NCBI RefSeq assembly: GCF_000143415.4
Contig: NW_003314278.1
Coordinates: 1,934,362 to 1,998,361 of the forward strand
Direction: 5' to 3'
From: Selaginella moellendorffii
Taxonomy: Eukaryota > Plantae > Lycopodiophyta
Length of the DNA: 64,000 nt
The notes under the pieces are model-generated. The model searched no databases and was not told the DNA's origin. It worked only from the letters and a program-made list of their open reading frames with translations. A program made the translations under genes and the position numbers. Numbering within the stretch: the first letter of the stretch is position 1; the number at the start of each line of letters is the position of its first letter. Positions 60,484-64,000 of this stretch are shown here, piece by piece.

Positions 60484-62172
60484 TTAACCAACGCAAAGAT
60501 TTGAGAATACAACATACGAGGCAGGATTATCATCGTGCTCTTGTTCCAGTGAAACCCTTATCATCTCCCCTTGAACTCTACAAGCGCCAGCCACACTTCT
60601 CCAGCTCACAGCATCGGGCTCAAATGGCATGGCGTGGAAGAGCTCCTCGGCACGCTCCAGCTGCCCGGCCCGAGCCAGTACATCGATCACGATCATGTAG
60701 AGCTCGGGAGTGAGAAAGATTCCATCGTAGTCACTAGCTATGGTCGCAAAACAGTGACATGCTACTTCCACCATGCCTGCGTGACTACACGCACAGAGAA
60801 CACTGACAAAGGTCGAATCTATGGGAGAAATCCCGTCGAGGATCATCAGCGCAAACAGCCACAGCGTGTCGAGAGCTCCACCGCTTGCGGCATGAGCAGC
60901 GATCAGGGCATTCCACGAGACGGCATCACGATGGAGATCGTGGACGAAGAAGAGATCTCTTGCCACCTCCAGCTTCCCACATTTCGCATACATATCAAGA
61001 ACGGCGGTTCTCATCGACATATCGGTGTCGAGTTTCTGTTCCACGATCTCTTCGTGGATGATTCTTCCCACGGATAGCGATGGAATGCTCGCGCAGGAGC
61101 TGAGAGCTGCGAGAATCGCTATGTGGTCGATCCTAAGACCCTCGAGATCCATCGCGAGAAACAGCCCGAGAGCTCGCTCGTGATGCCCGTTCCGGGCATA
61201 AGCGTGGATCATTGCAGTCCAGCCCACTGGATCATTGGATTCAAATGAGCAAAAGAACTCCCGCGCTTTCTTAAGATTTCCGTTGTCGGAGTAGCCTCCC
61301 AGCATAACAGTGCACGAAACATCGTCTTGCTCGGGCATTCTATCGAATATCTTCCTCGCCATAGCCACATTTCCGTTCCTGGCGTAGGCTTGGAGCATCC
61401 CAGTCCAGGACACGATATCTCTCCGCGGGATCTCATCGAAAAGAGCTTTCGATTCCTCGATCCGGCCCTGGCGTCCCAGTTCCTGGAACAAATCTATCCA
61501 TGCCAGTGCATCCCTTTGGGGGATTCTGCGGAAGAGCTCCTTCGCTTGCTCGAGCTTACCCTCTTTGGTCAACCCAGCCAGCACTGTGTTCCACGACACG
61601 AAATCTCGCCCCGCCATCTCGCCAAGCAGCAAATCCATTGCGATCGAGGCGTGGCCGTGCTGCGCATACGCCGAGATAACAGTATTGAGAGAAATCACAT
61701 CAGGCTTTTCGATCCTCGCGAAGATCTTTGCCGCGCTCTCGACATGCCCTCGCTGGGCATACGCAGCGAGCATGATATTCCAAGAAACGTTGTCGCGGTC
61801 CGGGATCTGGTCGAAGCAGTGCCTGGCTTGGACGAGATCGTTGCTTTGGACAAATGCCCGGATCATCGTGTTCCACGAAACCACATTTCGATGTGGCATT
61901 CGATCAAAGGCCTCCTCTGCTCTGCGACAGTGCCCTCTCTGGGCATTTGCCGTGACCATAATATTCCAGGAGTAAATATTTCGCTGGGAGATGCGATCGA
62001 AGGCGAGTCGAGCTTGATCCAGGCACCCGCACTGCGCATACATGGCGACGAGGAGATTCCCAATGAGAGTATCGCGATCGGCGCCATCTCTCTTAAGCTG
62101 CGAGTGGAGGCGCTTGCCCTCGAGCAGTGCCCTGCTAGCAGCATACTGGCGAAGAAGAGAGGCGGCATTCAT
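60484..62172 (-). CDS. PLS-class PPR protein with E domain
   Basis: Intronless 562-aa ORF; VSWNTMI, TAVLDMYAKCG, YMIVIDVLARAG. Confidence 0.93.
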   Translation of the reverse strand: MNAASLLRQYAASRALLEGKRLHSQLKRDGADRDTLIGNLLVAMYAQCGCLDQARLAFDRISQRNIYSWNIMVTANAQRGHCRRAEEAFDRMPHRNVVSWNTMIRAFVQSNDLVQARHCFDQIPDRDNVSWNIMLAAYAQRGHVESAAKIFARIEKPDVISLNTVISAYAQHGHASIAMDLLLGEMAGRDFVSWNTVLAGLTKEGKLEQAKELFRRIPQRDALAWIDLFQELGRQGRIEESKALFDEIPRRDIVSWTGMLQAYARNGNVAMARKIFDRMPEQDDVSCTVMLGGYSDNGNLKKAREFFCSFESNDPVGWTAMIHAYARNGHHERALGLFLAMDLEGLRIDHIAILAALSSCASIPSLSVGRIIHEEIVEQKLDTDMSMRTAVLDMYAKCGKLEVARDLFFVHDLHRDAVSWNALIAAHAASGGALDTLWLFALMILDGISPIDSTFVSVLCACSHAGMVEVACHCFATIASDYDGIFLTPELYMIVIDVLARAGQLERAEELFHAMPFEPDAVSWRSVAGACRVQGEMIRVSLEQEHDDNPASYVVFSNLCVG

Positions 62173-62232
62173 TAATCGCCATTAGGGTTTAGGGTTTATT
62201 CGTTCTTGCCATGGCGATCTAGCGAGATCACA

Positions 62233-64000
62233 ATGGCGCTGTTTAGATCGCTAGGTAGAGTCTCTCGGGCAGCGGCTGCGCGGTTCTCCAAAAACAGCGT
62301 TAGATCGTGTAGCTCGCAGGCTCCTCCCCTGATTTTAGGAAGTAGGAGATTTTGCGATGCTCTGGGGCGGCCGAGCGGCAGCCGGCATTCGTGCCGGCAT
62401 TTTTGTAGCGCGGTGCCGCCGATTTTTCTGGAGGACTTGGATGTTGAGAGGAGAGATCCCCAGGGTGGATTGGACGCTGCCCTCAACAGTGTCGTCAAGA
62501 TTTTCACGGTGTCGAGCAGCCCGAACTACGTCTTGCCTTGGCAGAAGAAGCCACTCCGCGAACTCACTGGCTCCGGTATGATTTTCTTCTTCTCTTTCGA
62601 TTTTTCCTGGAGTGAACTCTTTTGCTTTTCCAGGATTTGCGATCTCTGACAGGAGAATTCTTACGAATGCACACGTCGTTGCGGATCATAGCTATGTCAT
62701 GGTCCGCAAGCATGGATCGGCTGTCAAGTTTCGTGCCAAAGTTCAAGCTGTTGGACACGAGTGTGATCTAGCGCTGCTCCGGGTTGACGATGATGATTTT
62801 TGGGAAGGGATTGAGCCGCTTGAGCTGGGTGATATCCCATTCTTGCAAGACTCAGTCGCTACCGTGGGCTATCCTCAAGGTGAAAGAAAAGTTTTTCTCT
62901 ACCCGTGTTGTAGTTTAAGCTGACTCCTCCTTGTTTTCAGGTGGCGATAATATTTGTGTGACTAGAGGCGTGGTTTCAAGAGTCGAGCCCGTGCAGTACA
63001 TCCACGGTGGATCTCATCTGATAGCTATACAAATTGATGCTGCTGTTAATCCAGGAAACAGTGGCGGTCCGGCTATGTATAATAATACAGTCGTTGGAGT
63101 TGTGTTCCAAAATCTTTCCAATGCTGAAAACGTTGGGTAAGGAAGCTGAAATTGTTTTTCTTCTTTGTCTCGAGCTTGTGCTTTTATACAGATATATTAT
63201 TCCCGTGCCAGTCATCAAGCACTTTCTGAGCGATGTAGAAGAAAGGGGACGATACATAGGCTTTTGCGGCTTAGGACTTGTGTGCCAATCAACTGAAAAC
63301 AAGCAGCTGAGGGATCACTTGAAGATGGATTCGAAAAAAACCGGTGTGCTTGTGAGCAAGGTGTACCCTCTGACGGAGGTGAGCAACTACATAAAAAAGG
63401 ACGACGTCTTGCTTGCCTTTGATGGTGTCCTTATCGCAAATGATGGCTCAGGTATGTTTCTGCGGCGTCTTTCCTTTCTAACGGTGAATCATTTTGCAGT
63501 TACTTTTCGAAACAGGGAGAGAATCTCTTTTGTTCACTTAGTGACCATGAAAAGAGAAGGCGAGTCGGCCGCTTTACGAGTTTTGAGAGATGGAAAGGAG
63601 ATCAACTTTAACGTTAAGCTCGCTCCGGTAGTATTTATTGTTAGTATCACTGCCGAGAACTAACGTTGTGTGTGTTCCTTTCAAGGTGAAACCTTTGGTA
63701 CCAAATCACCAGTTCGAGCGCCTTCCAAGTTATTACATATTTGCCGGTCTGGTCTTTGTGCCACTTACATTACCATACTTGCACGAATATGGTGACGATT
63801 GGTACAACGCTTCACCCAGACGGCTTTGTGATCGGACCTTCTCCAAGATGCCGAAAAAACCAGGAGAACAGTTCGTCATCATGTCACAAGTAAGCTACCA
63901 AAACTCTTATTGTTGACGATACAAAAAAACTCTGTTCATAGGTACTCATCGATGACATCAATGCGGGGTACGAGCGGCTTGCTGAGCTCCAGGTACATTT
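62233..64000 (+). CDS. DEG10: Deg/HtrA protease, DEG10-like (3'-truncated by window)
   Basis: [62 protein letters not shown]. Confidence 0.88.

Noticed and set aside
34441-62175. Long antisense ORFs (e.g. 34441-35259, 53918-54655, 55982-56776, 61327-62175)
   Set aside because: Shadow ORFs of GC3-rich genes on the opposite strand

Overview
Eukaryotic plant nuclear DNA. Very short GT-AG introns (45-60 nt), tight gene spacing and many PLS-class PPR genes suggest a lycophyte such as Selaginella (inference). Positions 1-22.5 kb are a nested transposon island. (i) A Ty3/gypsy chromovirus (5' LTR end, tRNA-iMet PBS, gag-PR-RT-RH-INT-chromodomain) has two apparently spliceosomal introns in its integrase. 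(ii) Inserted right after its chromodomain is a 12.37-kb DNA transposon (5774-18143) with perfect 23-bp TIRs and TATA flanks. It carries a Sola1-like DDD transposase on + and, divergently on -, a ~1,600-aa spliced cargo gene joining a ParB-like domain, a degenerate beta-class DNA-methyltransferase-like domain and an FCP1/HAD phosphatase-like domain. About 20 copies of one 22-bp palindrome (ATGGCRTGWGGCCWCAYGCCAT) are spread across it. This element is the best candidate for an undescribed system. (iii) The rest of the island is LTR fragments, a hypermutated second gypsy copy and a 153-bp 5S-rRNA-bearing (Cassandra-like) solo LTR. Positions 22.6-64 kb are gene-dense host sequence: PPR genes and pseudogenes, TSJT1/Wali7-like, tRNA-Thr(AGT), TOM9/TOM22, an SDR + GDSL + PLR-like trio, PTI1-like kinase, SNRNP27, type II inositol 5-phosphatase, AK-HSDH, HIG1, mitochondrial RPS9 and a DEG10-like protease. 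All domain calls come from motif recognition by eye; no searches were run.
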